The notes beneath the pieces are model-generated. The model saw nothing but the letters and a program-made list of their open reading frames with translations. It was not told where the DNA came from and did not search any database. Shown one piece after another: positions 18,702-28,209 of a stretch of DNA of 64,000 nucleotides. Positions within the stretch are counted from its first letter, which is position 1. Each line of letters begins with the position of its first letter. Source of the DNA: Candidatus Dormiibacterota bacterium (GTDB taxonomy: Bacteria > Chloroflexota > Dormibacteria > CF-121). The stretch covers positions 5,311-69,310 of the forward strand of contig DASYVR010000002.1 in the NCBI GenBank assembly GCA_035936995.1, read 5' to 3'. Both the position numbers and the translations under genes were made by a program.

Positions 18702-20018
18702 GTGATGGCCTCACTCGAGCGATGGATTCGCCGCCGGAGGAAGGTGGTTACCCTTGTAGCCATGGAAACGCGCCCACGCGCGTGGGGCTGGATCGGGCGG
18801 CTGCAGCCGCGCACGTTCGATCGGCTGCTGGTTGGCGTTCTCCTTTTGCTCGGGCTGATCAACACACTCCTCGATCTGCGATTCGCGGATCGAGGGCTGC
18901 GTCTCCCCTCCGGTGCTCCAGCCGGCACCGCCATCCTTATCTTTGTCGGCCTTGCCCTATTGCTGCTGCAAGTCGTTCCGCTGCTCTGGCGACGCAGCCA
19001 TCCGAGCTTCGTCCTCCTGCTGGTCGCCGGCGCCTTCGGCGCCAGGGTCTTGTTGGGTTTCAATCCGGGGATCGCCGGGTTCGGGCTCCTGGTCGCGATG
19101 TACAGCGTCGCCGCCTACGAGGTGGGGGTTCGACGGGTGTTTTTTCTGGTCGTCGCCGGCCTGGGTTTCGTGGCGGGCTTTGTCGCCTTCGTCATCACTG
19201 GCAACCCCCGGTCGTTCGCCATCACTGTCCCAAGTGTGTTCTTCGTTGCCGCCTGGCTGATTGGTGATTACCTTCGGACCCGGCGCGCCTACGTCGCCCA
19301 GCTGGAGGAACGGGCAGCCCGGCTCGAGCGTGAGCGGGACCAGGACCGACAGCTCGCGGCCGACGAGGAGCGGTCACGGATTGCGCGCGAGCTGCACGAC
19401 GTGGTCGCCCACGATGTCAGCGTGATCGCGATCCAGGCCGGCGCGGCGCGAGCGGTGCAGGCCACCAGGCCCGAGGCAGCGGCGCAGGCCCTCGGCCTGA
19501 TCGAAACGACAGCGCGGGAGACCCTCATCGAGTTGAATCGGCTGCTCGGGGTGCTGCGCGGAAGCAATGGCGCCTCTCCCGATCGCAGCCCGCAGCCCGG
19601 GATCGGGCAACTGGCCGGTCTCGTCGAGGAACTGCGCGCCGCCGGGCTCGAGGTCGACGCGCGGGTTGACGGCGAACCGCGGTCACTTCCGCCGGCGCTC
19701 GACCTGTCCGCCTACCGGATCGTGCAGGAGGCGACGACCAACGTCCTCAAACACGCCGGCGCCCGACGCGTTGACATCCGGGTGCACTACACGGAGACGA
19801 TGCTCGCACTCGATGTCCGCGATGACGGCGCCGGCGACGGTAGCGACTCGGCCTCGTCGTCGGGACATGGGCTGATCGGGATGCGTGAGCGGGTCGCCGT
19901 CTTCGGCGGCGAGCTACGGGCGGGGCGCGATCCCGCCGGCGGATTCTCGGTGCACGCGCGTCTCCCCATCGACAGCACTCACTCCCCCCTTCGGGGGGAG
20001 GGTCGGGGTGGGGGGTGA
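18702..20018 (+). CDS. Membrane sensor histidine kinase (HisKA_3 type)
   Basis: ERSRIARELHDVVAH, QEATTNVLKHA, GHGLIGMRER; last residues are repeat-derived. Confidence 0.93.
   Translation: MMASLERWIRRRRKVVTLVAMETRPRAWGWIGRLQPRTFDRLLVGVLLLLGLINTLLDLRFADRGLRLPSGAPAGTAILIFVGLALLLLQVVPLLWRRSHPSFVLLLVAGAFGARVLLGFNPGIAGFGLLVAMYSVAAYEVGVRRVFFLVVAGLGFVAGFVAFVITGNPRSFAITVPSVFFVAAWLIGDYLRTRRAYVAQLEERAARLERERDQDRQLAADEERSRIARELHDVVAHDVSVIAIQAGAARAVQATRPEAAAQALGLIETTARETLIELNRLLGVLRGSNGASPDRSPQPGIGQLAGLVEELRAAGLEVDARVDGEPRSLPPALDLSAYRIVQEATTNVLKHAGARRVDIRVHYTETMLALDVRDDGAGDGSDSASSSGHGLIGMRERVAVFGGELRAGRDPAGGFSVHARLPIDSTHSPLRGEGRGGG
19982..20015 (+). repeat. Hairpin/G-tract repeat at the kinase/regulator junction
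   Basis: CTCCCCCCTTCGGGGGGAGGGTCGGGGTGGGGGG. Confidence 0.85.
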
Positions 20019-20674
20019 TCCGAGTCCTGATCGTGGATGACCAGGCGCTGGTGCGGGCCGGCTTTCGCATGATCCTTGAGGCCCAGCCCGATCTCGAGGT
20101 CGTCGGGGAGGCCGGGGATGGATCAGCGGCGATCGATGCCGTCCGCACCCTTCGGCCCGATGTCGTGCTGATGGACGTTCGGATGCCCGGTGTCGATGGC
20201 ATCGAGGCGACTCGCCGGCTGACCGAAGCCGGCGTGCCGAGCAAGATCGTGATCCTGACGACCTACGACCTGGACGAATACGTCTTCGACGCGCTGGCCG
20301 CTGGCGCGAGCGGCTTCCTGCTCAAGCACGTCCCGCCGGAGGAGCTGGTCCATGGCGTGCGGGTAGCGGCCGCTGGCGATGCCTTGGTGGCGCCGTCGAT
20401 CACGAAGCGCCTGATCGAGGAGTTTGCGAAGCAGCGGGCGCCCGTCCGCGCTTCCGGCACCGACCTCAACACCCTGACCGACCGCGAGCAAGAGGTAATG
20501 CGGCTGCTGGGCCGCGGCCTCTCGAACCCCGAGATCGCGCGCGAGCTGAAGGTCGGGGAAGCCACGGTCAAGACCCACGTCGCCCACGTGCTCGACAAGC
20601 TGGGGCTCCGCGACCGCGTCCAGGCGGTGATCTTCGCCTACGAGGTCGGTCTGATCAAGCCCGGCGCTGCCTAG
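20015..20674 (+). CDS. NarL/LuxR-family response regulator
   Basis: REC domain plus LuxR HTH (TVKTHV); GTGA overlap. Confidence 0.95.
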   Translation: MIRVLIVDDQALVRAGFRMILEAQPDLEVVGEAGDGSAAIDAVRTLRPDVVLMDVRMPGVDGIEATRRLTEAGVPSKIVILTTYDLDEYVFDALAAGASGFLLKHVPPEELVHGVRVAAAGDALVAPSITKRLIEEFAKQRAPVRASGTDLNTLTDREQEVMRLLGRGLSNPEIARELKVGEATVKTHVAHVLDKLGLRDRVQAVIFAYEVGLIKPGAA

Positions 20675-20681
20675 AAGAACT

Positions 20682-20733
20682 CGCTCCCCCTTGCGAGGGA
20701 GAAGGGGCCTGCCGCCTCCTCCATTAAGGGGAG
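20682..20733 (+). repeat. Degenerate hairpin repeat copies
   Basis: CTCCCCCTTGCGAGGGAG followed by CTCCTCCATTAAGGGGAG. Confidence 0.55.
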
Positions 20734-20819
20734 CCAAAGATCGTGCGCGCAGATGACGACATCTCGACGCCATGGCCCTACTGTCAATGGCAGACATCGT
20801 TTCCTAAAGGAGATAGTTA

Positions 20820-21725
20820 ATGGCATCAAGCGAAAACGTCATCACGACCCACAAGCTGACCAAGCGATACGGCGCGTCGATCATGGCGGTCGACAGCCTC
20901 GACCTCGAGGTGCGGCGCGGCGAGGTCTTCGGATTCCTGGGCCCGAACGGAGCCGGGAAGACAACCACCCTGCGCATGTTGCTGGGCCTCATTCGGCCGA
21001 CATCCGGATCCGCCACCGTAGCCGAGCATCGACCGGGCGACCCCGAGGGTCTGCGCCAGATCGGCTCGCTCGTCGAGTCCCCGGCGTTTTATCCCTATCT
21101 TTCGGGTCGCGAGAATCTCAAGATCATGTCGGACTACGCCGGGGTTCCGCACACGCGCGTTGATGCGGCGCTCGAGGAAGTCGACCTGGCGGACCGCGCG
21201 AAGGATCGCTTCGGCACCTACTCGATGGGGATGAAGCAGCGCCTTGCCGTGGCGGCGGCGTTGATCAAGGACCCGGAGCTCATGATCCTCGATGAGCCGA
21301 CCAACGGCCTCGACCCGCAGGGGGTCGTCGAGATGCGCTCCCTGATCCGCCGGTTGGGCACCGGCAATCGGACCGTCATGCTCTCGAGCCACCTGCTCAA
21401 CGAGGTCCAGCAGATCAGCGACCGCGTCGCAATCATCCGCAAGGGCAAGCTCGTCGCGCAGGGCACCGTCCACGAGTTGCGCGGCGAGTCGGCGATCGTG
21501 GTTCGGGTGAAACCGGTCGATGCGGCTCGGCGGCAGCTGGATCGCATGCTCGGCGCGGCGGCCGTGACCGCCGTCGACGGCACGCTGCGGCTCTCGGTGG
21601 ACCCCGACCGGGCCGCCGACATCAATGACGCGCTGGTTGGCGCCGGGATCAAGGTCAGCGAGTTGCGCGCGGTCGAACGAACCCTCGAGGAAGTCTTCCT
21701 CACCCTGACAGGAGAAGCAGCATGA
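20820..21725 (+). CDS. ABC transporter ATP-binding protein
   Basis: GPNGAGKTT, YSMGMKQRL, LDEPTNGLD. Confidence 0.95.
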   Translation: MASSENVITTHKLTKRYGASIMAVDSLDLEVRRGEVFGFLGPNGAGKTTTLRMLLGLIRPTSGSATVAEHRPGDPEGLRQIGSLVESPAFYPYLSGRENLKIMSDYAGVPHTRVDAALEEVDLADRAKDRFGTYSMGMKQRLAVAAALIKDPELMILDEPTNGLDPQGVVEMRSLIRRLGTGNRTVMLSSHLLNEVQQISDRVAIIRKGKLVAQGTVHELRGESAIVVRVKPVDAARRQLDRMLGAAAVTAVDGTLRLSVDPDRAADINDALVGAGIKVSELRAVERTLEEVFLTLTGEAA

Positions 21726-22567
21726 TCAACAGTTTCAAAGCGGAATGGCGCAAATTGCGGCAACGACCGGCGGTCTGGGTGCTCGGCGGCATCATGCTCG
21801 CCGCACTCTTCCTCTTCGGATACGCGTTCAACTGGATACAGCTATCGTTTCCGTCGAAGACCTTTCACAGCGATGCGGGACTCACGATCGCCCAGCTGAA
21901 GACGGCGCTCTACCCCATCAACTTCGTCAAGAATTCTCTGGAGGGCGTCGGCATTGTCGGCAGCATCCTCACCCTGATTCTGGGCGCGCTCGCTGTCGGT
22001 AGCGAGTTTGGCTGGGGCACCGTCAAGACGGTCTACACGCAGCGGCCCGGGCGGCTGCAGGCGCTGGCCGGGCAGGTGGGCGTCGTCAGCGTGATCGCCG
22101 CCATCTTTACGGTCGCGTTCTATGCGGTGGCGGCGCTGGCCAGCCTGGGCATTGCCCTTGGGGACGGTGCGACCATCACCTGGCCGGCCGCGATCGACAT
22201 CATCAAGGCGCTGGGCGCGACCTGGCTCATCTTCGAGTCCTGGAGCCTCTTCGGCATGGCGTTGGCCTACCTCTTTCGGCAGTCCGCAATGGCAATCGGC
22301 ATCGGGCTGGCGTATGTGCTCGCGATCGAGGGCATCCTGTTCCGGCTGCTCGGTGGCTTCGACGCCGGCTGGGTGACGACCATCGAGAAGTTCTTCCTCG
22401 GTCAGAACGCGGGGGCGCTGATCAAGTCGTTCGGCCAACCCTTCGCGAGCCCTGGAGCCGCGGCACCGATTGTGACGGCTGGCGTCGCGGTGCTGGTGCT
22501 TGTCGTCTACTCCCTCGTCTTCGCCGGCGTGACATCGCTTGTCGTGCGGACTCGCGACGTCACCTAG
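21722..22567 (+). CDS. ABC-2 type exporter permease
   Basis: AEWRK start, GSEFGWGT motif, about 6 TM, RDVT end. Confidence 0.88.
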   Translation: MINSFKAEWRKLRQRPAVWVLGGIMLAALFLFGYAFNWIQLSFPSKTFHSDAGLTIAQLKTALYPINFVKNSLEGVGIVGSILTLILGALAVGSEFGWGTVKTVYTQRPGRLQALAGQVGVVSVIAAIFTVAFYAVAALASLGIALGDGATITWPAAIDIIKALGATWLIFESWSLFGMALAYLFRQSAMAIGIGLAYVLAIEGILFRLLGGFDAGWVTTIEKFFLGQNAGALIKSFGQPFASPGAAAPIVTAGVAVLVLVVYSLVFAGVTSLVVRTRDVT

Positions 22568-22569
22568 CC

Positions 22570-22645
22570 TTCCCCTTCTCCCCGATCGATGCTTCCCTCC
22601 CCTATTGCGGGGGAGGGTTCATTTTTCTGGGGAGAGTCGGGGTGG
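22570..22645 (+). repeat. Degenerate hairpin/G-tract repeat
   Basis: TTCCCTCCCCTATTGCGGGGGAGGG ... GGGGAGAGTCGGGGTGG. Confidence 0.7.
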
Positions 22646-22648
22646 CCA

Positions 22649-23473
22649 CTATTGACAGTTCGACTCGCCACCGGAGATCTGCCAGCCGCCCAGGAACCCA
22701 CGCCAGTCGAGCGTGATCCGTCCCGTGCAGTGCTTCCCCGAACGCGCCAGCGTGTAGGTGACCGGATACGATACGGATCCGCCCGCCCATTCAGCGGGGC
22801 CGTTGTAGAAAGTCCCTACGGGCCCGCCCGGCAACTCTCCCCGGCGGGCGGCATCGCCGAGCGCGATCGATGACCGGCCCCAGTAGGCAAACGCACCGCT
22901 GCCCGCCACAAAGAGAACCATCACCCCAAGCAGGACGGCGAGCCGCCGGCGGCGCTGCTCGGCGCTCAATCCCGGCCCGACGGCCGCCCTGTTGGGCACA
23001 ACGAGCGTGCCCGCCAAATGGTCGCCGATTCGCTGGCGGCGTGGCGAGAACCGCGCCACGAGGGCTCCGACCAGGTAGAAACCCGGGAGAGAATCGATCA
23101 GGCGCAGGACATTGCGTATAACCACGGCCCGCCAGCCCGCCGCGCGCCCACTCAGGTCGGTGACTCGGATACGGACCGCGGCTTTGCCTACCGTATTTCC
23201 GAACAGTCCCTCGAGCAACGCGAAGTAGCTGATCGCGGCAACCCAAAGCCAGACGCCATCAACCGTCGCGCTGTTGCTCGTAAAGGAGGAGTATCCCCCG
23301 CTCGTCGACGGATCCAGGACCGCATTCGTGATGTGTTCGCTTCCGAACACGCCGTTGACCACGGACTGGATGACGGATACGACGAGCAGGTCGACCACGA
23401 TGGCGAGCGTCCGCGCCCACAGGCTGGCAGTCTCGATTCCCGCGGCGGGCGCGTTCCGGGTCACGGGGTCCAT
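22649..23473 (-). CDS. RDD family protein
   Basis: R..A..VD, RN.LR.ID and QRIGD..AGT.VV motifs. Confidence 0.88.
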   Translation of the reverse strand: MDPVTRNAPAAGIETASLWARTLAIVVDLLVVSVIQSVVNGVFGSEHITNAVLDPSTSGGYSSFTSNSATVDGVWLWVAAISYFALLEGLFGNTVGKAAVRIRVTDLSGRAAGWRAVVIRNVLRLIDSLPGFYLVGALVARFSPRRQRIGDHLAGTLVVPNRAAVGPGLSAEQRRRRLAVLLGVMVLFVAGSGAFAYWGRSSIALGDAARRGELPGGPVGTFYNGPAEWAGGSVSYPVTYTLARSGKHCTGRITLDWRGFLGGWQISGGESNCQ

Positions 23474-23500
23474 CCGTCGAGAGCTTAGCGCTGACTGCGG

Positions 23501-24664
23501 CTAACTGCGGTAGGTAAGGAGTGGCACCAGTTGCTCTCCCGGCGTCAACGAGCCATGGTGCCCATTCAAGCGCGCCTGCGCCGGGTCGACGTCGCGCTGG
23601 ACGATGCCCACCCGCCCGTAGGCGGCTGCGACGAGATCACCGATCCGCTCCCTCGCCTGGTCGCTGACCCGCGGTCCGAAGATCCCGGTCGCGACCGCCT
23701 CCTCGCGGGTCCACACCCACATGCGGTCGCCCAAGATCGAGCGCCAGGCGCTGACCACGTCCGCGGCCGCCCCGGGGGCCGTCCGGACGTACCGGGCGCG
23801 GGCCTCGCCCGCCAGTAGCGTGACGCCGGCCGCCAGCTCGCGATGGTCGGCGAGATCGATCCGCTCGTTGGGCCGAAGGTCCACCATGCCGTGATCGCCC
23901 GTGACCACCAGCACCGTGCCGGCGGGCAGCGCCTCGGCCAGCGTTCGGACGGCGCGGTCGACGGCGACCAGCTCGTCCCGCCAGGCCTGCGAGGCGACCC
24001 CCTCGACGTGGCCGGCCGTGTCCAGGCGCGGATGATACCCATGGACAAACGCGCGCGTGGCTTGGAGCCGCGTCAGCGCCGCCTCTCGAATCGCCTCTAG
24101 CGAGTCCGCGGGGTGGAACCTTTGCCCTCGGCTGACGGCCCGGCTGAGCCCGGAGCCCTGGTGAAAGGCCGGGCCGAGGTAATGGATCGGGACGCCCGCC
24201 GCCGCGGCGCGCTCCGGCAGCGTCGGCAGCGGCTGGAACACCTCCGGCATCACCTCTTCGAGCAGACCAACCCGGGGACCCAGCCCATAGAGCGACCAGG
24301 TCAGGGTATTGAACGCCCGGTCGTAGCCGGGCAGCGCCATCGTATAGCCGACCAGGCCATGCTCGCCCGGCGGCAGCCCGGTCGCCAGCGAGCTGATGCT
24401 GGCGGCCGTCGTCGCCGGGAAGCCCGCCGTCAGCGGCTCGCCGGCCAGCGAGTTCAGGAACGGCGCGGCATCCTGGTGGGCGCGCAGCAGCTCCCAGCCG
24501 AGGCCGTCCACCAGCAGCAGGCAGGCGCGGGCCGCCGGCTCGAGCTGGAGCGGATTCGCAAAACCAGCCATCCCCAGCGAGCTGAGCAGAGAGGGCACCA
24601 CCTCGGCGAGCGTGCGGGAGCCATAGCGCGGAAGCGGCAGCGGAGGCGGCTTCGGGCCGGTCAT
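23501..24664 (-). CDS. Alkaline phosphatase-superfamily nucleotide pyrophosphatase/phosphodiesterase
   Basis: LLVDGLG, FPATT, LDTAGH, TGDHG, HGSL motifs; the longer ORF extension is antisense to the kinase gene. Confidence 0.88.
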   Translation of the reverse strand: MTGPKPPPLPLPRYGSRTLAEVVPSLLSSLGMAGFANPLQLEPAARACLLLVDGLGWELLRAHQDAAPFLNSLAGEPLTAGFPATTAASISSLATGLPPGEHGLVGYTMALPGYDRAFNTLTWSLYGLGPRVGLLEEVMPEVFQPLPTLPERAAAAGVPIHYLGPAFHQGSGLSRAVSRGQRFHPADSLEAIREAALTRLQATRAFVHGYHPRLDTAGHVEGVASQAWRDELVAVDRAVRTLAEALPAGTVLVVTGDHGMVDLRPNERIDLADHRELAAGVTLLAGEARARYVRTAPGAAADVVSAWRSILGDRMWVWTREEAVATGIFGPRVSDQARERIGDLVAAAYGRVGIVQRDVDPAQARLNGHHGSLTPGEQLVPLLTYRS

Positions 24665-24775
24665 CCAGTTACCGTCTACCGACCGGCAGATGACTGGTAA
24701 GCTGGGCCGATCTTGACCAACGCGGGTAACACGAATTGTTTGACTTTCACACGCCTCTTTTGTATACAGTAGGTA

Positions 24776-25870
24776 GTGCCCAAGAGTAGACAGCCGCGAC
24801 GCCCGCAGGTCGGTACGCGGGGGCACCAGCTCTCCACCGAGGGCACCAACGGATCCAACGGGTCCCGGACCGGCGGACTCTCCGCCGCCGACGCCGAACT
24901 GATCCTCGCCGTCCTTCGGGAACTCAAAAAAGGCGACTTCTCCGTTCGGATGCCGCTGTCGGCGAACGGCCTCATGGCCAGGATCGGCGCCGAATTGAAC
25001 GGAATCATCGAGCTCAATGAGCGCAACGCCAAGAACCTGTCCGGCGTGGCCACCATCGAAGCCAACATTCGCACCGAAGAGCTGCTGAAGCAGTCGCAGA
25101 TCCTCTTCGCCGAGGCGCAGGAGGCGAGCAAGAGTAAGAGCGCCTTCCTCAGCATGGCGGCGCACGAGCTCCGGACTCCCCTCTCCGTTATCACCGGCTA
25201 CCTCTCGATGTTGCAGGATGGCAGCATTCCGCCGGATAAAGCCGAGCGACCGTTGCGGGTGCTGATGGGCAAGGCGACCGAGCTGAACAGCATCGTCGAC
25301 GACCTGCTGACGGCCGCCCGCATCGAGGGCGGCACAGTGCCGACCGATACCAAGACGCTCGACCTCCGTCAGATGGCTCGCCAGGCAATCGGGCGCGCCG
25401 AGGCCCGTGCCGGGTTGCTCCGGGCGGAGATGGACCATAGCGAGCCGGACGATCCGGTTGCGGTCGACGCCGACCGTGAGCAGCTGGCCCGCATCATCGA
25501 CAATCTCCTCAACAACGCCCTGACCTACAGCACCGGCCGGCCTTGGGTCATGCTGACGGTTACTACTGAGGACGGCCCGGCACTGATCATCGAGGACCAC
25601 GGCGTCGGCGTTCCGCGCGAGAAGCAGGACAAGATCTTCGAGCGTTTCTTCCGGATCGACGATCCAGGACTCGGGCCTCAGCCCGGCACCGGTCTCGGCC
25701 TCTTCATCAGCCGCGAGCTGGCGGAGCGCCACGGTGGTTCCCTGACGCTCGAGCGAAGCGAGCTCGGCCATGGCAGCACCTTCATCCTTCGTCTCCCGCC
25801 CGCCAGCGGCGTGCACGCCGCCACGCTGCTGTCCGTCGCGCCGGCCCTGGATAGCGTCCCCGCGTCGTAG
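24776..25870 (+). CDS. Soluble sensor histidine kinase with a short HAMP-like N-terminus
   Basis: AHELRTPL H-box, NLLNNALTYS, GTGLGL. Confidence 0.88.
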   Translation: MPKSRQPRRPQVGTRGHQLSTEGTNGSNGSRTGGLSAADAELILAVLRELKKGDFSVRMPLSANGLMARIGAELNGIIELNERNAKNLSGVATIEANIRTEELLKQSQILFAEAQEASKSKSAFLSMAAHELRTPLSVITGYLSMLQDGSIPPDKAERPLRVLMGKATELNSIVDDLLTAARIEGGTVPTDTKTLDLRQMARQAIGRAEARAGLLRAEMDHSEPDDPVAVDADREQLARIIDNLLNNALTYSTGRPWVMLTVTTEDGPALIIEDHGVGVPREKQDKIFERFFRIDDPGLGPQPGTGLGLFISRELAERHGGSLTLERSELGHGSTFILRLPPASGVHAATLLSVAPALDSVPAS

Positions 25871-25872
25871 GC

Positions 25873-26907
25873 CTAGTGGGCGGTCACCCTAAAGTTGGCC
25901 GTTACAGCACGATTGTTCGAGTCGCCCACATCCATGCCCCAGGCGAGCGAATAGTCTCCAACCGGCGCGGACGCCGGGATCTGCACCACCATGGCGAAGG
26001 TGAAGGATGTTCCGGGAGCAACGACCGCCCCCATCGGCTGGCAGTTGAAGACGTACCAGGTCTTGCCCAGGCTCCAGCCGCCCGGTCCCCCCAAGTCTTG
26101 CGCGTAGGCGGGGCAGCCGTTCGGAAATGTGAGCGGTCTGCTGTAGACGCTCTTCAGCGTCACCTGGTAGTTGAGCGCGTGACCAACCACGGCGGTGGGC
26201 GGCACGTTGAGCGTGGCTTCGAAATACTGTGCGCCCGGTTCCGGCGACGCTGACGCGGTAGGTGGCGTCGACGGCTGGAAGGCGCCGACCCCGATCCGCG
26301 GCGGACAGAACGTCAACGGGCCGTCGCCCCGCGGGCTAACGGCAGACGTGGCGACAGTGCCACCGCCCGGGACGGTTATCCCGATCGCGGCCGCCTGGGC
26401 CAGGCCCCCTGTGCACGTTCCCGCTCCTGCATCGTCGTAGATGCTCCAATCGATCTCGACTAAGGCATGACCGGACGAGACGCTTTCGGACGATAACCCG
26501 GCAACCGGGTGAAGGACGACTGCGGTAGCTGTGAACCGCGTATTCGTGTAGACGGAGGTTGACAGGGTCGCCCCTTTGGCGCCGAAGAGGTCAACTGTCG
26601 CTATTCCCTCGAGGAGACACGGCGTGGAGGAAGTGTTGGCCAGGTCGACCGTGCCTGTCAGCTGGCCGTTGGTCAGACCCATCGCCCCGCCATAGGTCGC
26701 CGTCAAGTCGCTACCTGTGCAAGCTCCGGGCAACGCCTCGCCGACCGGGACGGCAAGCCCCTGGTGGTACGCCGGCGGCTTCGTGTCGATCCAGGGAATC
26801 GCCGCGTCGCCGGTGGCCGCCGGGGCCGGCGAAACCGTCGCCGCAGGTCCTCCGCAGCCGGTCACCAGGAGCGCCATCGGGAGTGCCACGAGCAACCGTC
26901 GGCCCAT
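25873..26907 (-). CDS. Lipoprotein with a DUF4232-like domain
   Basis: Lipobox LVTGC; 'C...DL...NTS..PC.L.G' pattern. Confidence 0.7.
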   Translation of the reverse strand: MGRRLLVALPMALLVTGCGGPAATVSPAPAATGDAAIPWIDTKPPAYHQGLAVPVGEALPGACTGSDLTATYGGAMGLTNGQLTGTVDLANTSSTPCLLEGIATVDLFGAKGATLSTSVYTNTRFTATAVVLHPVAGLSSESVSSGHALVEIDWSIYDDAGAGTCTGGLAQAAAIGITVPGGGTVATSAVSPRGDGPLTFCPPRIGVGAFQPSTPPTASASPEPGAQYFEATLNVPPTAVVGHALNYQVTLKSVYSRPLTFPNGCPAYAQDLGGPGGWSLGKTWYVFNCQPMGAVVAPGTSFTFAMVVQIPASAPVGDYSLAWGMDVGDSNNRAVTANFRVTAH

Positions 26908-27084
26908 TCGTCCGAATAACGGGCGCCCGCCCGTGAAGTTACTACGGAACCGTGCGCAGGGCAGCGGGGCGGTTTCGATTTACCCGATGCGTGCTGTACG
27001 GCAGAGCCGGGTCAGACGGCTTGCCCAGCCCTATGAGCTCCCGCGGCTGGCAGGTCATGCGCACCGAGAAGTAGCTAAGGCTAA

Positions 27085-27122
27085 TTCCCTCCCGCCTTGC
27101 AGGGGAGGGTCGCGGTGGGGGG
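27085..27122 (+). repeat. Hairpin/G-tract repeat upstream of the nuclease-like gene
   Basis: TTCCCTCCCGCCTTGCAGGGGAGGGTCGCGGTGGGGGG. Confidence 0.85.
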
Positions 27123-27156
27123 TGAAGGAGCCCTCAAAGACAGCCGTTGATCCGAT

Positions 27157-28209
27157 GTGACGCGCGCTGCTCGCCCACACGCGACTGGGCAATCCGGGAG
27201 CTGGCGCCCAGGCGACGCCCAACTCGGATGGATCATCGAGAATCGGGTCGATGAGGCCTACATCCTCTCCTGGCCCGGCCAGCTCGAGACCTATGTGCCG
27301 CTGCACGACACCGGCGGCTACGATCGGGCCCGGGCCCCGCTCGGGAGCTATGACTTCCGGCTGGATCAGATCAAGGGCACGGCGAGCATTCATCCCGGAA
27401 ACCTCGTCGAGATCTCGTTCAACACGCCGGCCCTGCACCCGCGTCGGCATCTGGATTTCACGGTCGTTCGCTTCGACCTGAAGATCCGCGATTTGGTCGA
27501 CCCGGCGTGGCTCTTTCCCAGTACCAGGCTCGCCGAAGTGTGCACTCAGGACGCTTCCGTTGGACGCCCCGACCACTGGGTGTTTGCCGCGAATCCCTCG
27601 GGCCTCGCCCGGGACCGTGCGGCGAAGTACCAGGTGGCGCTTCGGGAGCTGGCCGCGGCTCGAGGCTGGTCGATCCTGCCTCCGAGGCTTCCTCAGCTAT
27701 CGGCCAACCCCATCGAGACGGGAACCTTCTTCGAGCGGCATTTCGACGCCGCCTTCCTGCAGGCGACCTCGGGCGATGAGGTCTTGATGGCGACCACTCC
27801 GGACAACTTCAGCCGCCACCGGCTCGCTTTTTCGAAGATGAGCGGACACTGGGCGTCTATCGCCATCCACGGATCGGCGGTAAGCAACGGCACCCAATTG
27901 ATCCAGGCCAACATCCACGCCGCGACCTTCTTTCCGCACCCTCGTCATTACATCCTGGTCCAGCACTACGACCGTCTGCGTGCCGAGTGGTACCCATGGA
28001 GCTGGTTCATCAATTCCACCGACTTCGCGAAACTGGCCACGGGCAAGGGCGCCTACCTGCTCTTTACCACTACGCTGAATCCCCAGCGGGTAAATCGCTG
28101 GACGCCATACCGAATCCCCACCAGTGACGCGGCCAAGGCCTACCAGTCCGCGCTCCACGGGCGCACTTCCCTGCCCCGGAGGGGGAGGGTCAGGGAGGGG
28201 GCCGCCTAA
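27157..28209 (+). CDS. Hypothetical protein, probably tandem PD-(D/E)XK-like nuclease domains
   Basis: G..IE...PLHDTGGYD...QIK in the N-half; a similarly arranged but degenerate C-half. Confidence 0.55.
   Translation: MTRAARPHATGQSGSWRPGDAQLGWIIENRVDEAYILSWPGQLETYVPLHDTGGYDRARAPLGSYDFRLDQIKGTASIHPGNLVEISFNTPALHPRRHLDFTVVRFDLKIRDLVDPAWLFPSTRLAEVCTQDASVGRPDHWVFAANPSGLARDRAAKYQVALRELAAARGWSILPPRLPQLSANPIETGTFFERHFDAAFLQATSGDEVLMATTPDNFSRHRLAFSKMSGHWASIAIHGSAVSNGTQLIQANIHAATFFPHPRHYILVQHYDRLRAEWYPWSWFINSTDFAKLATGKGAYLLFTTTLNPQRVNRWTPYRIPTSDAAKAYQSALHGRTSLPRRGRVREGAA
28167..28201 (+). repeat. Hairpin/G-tract repeat at the 3' end of the nuclease-like gene
   Basis: TTCCCTGCCCCGGAGGGGGAGGGTCAGGGAGGGGG. 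Confidence 0.85.

Noticed and set aside
24665-25816. 771-aa ORF as a fusion protein
   Set aside because: The N-terminal half is the antisense shadow of the histidine kinase; the phosphodiesterase starts at 24664
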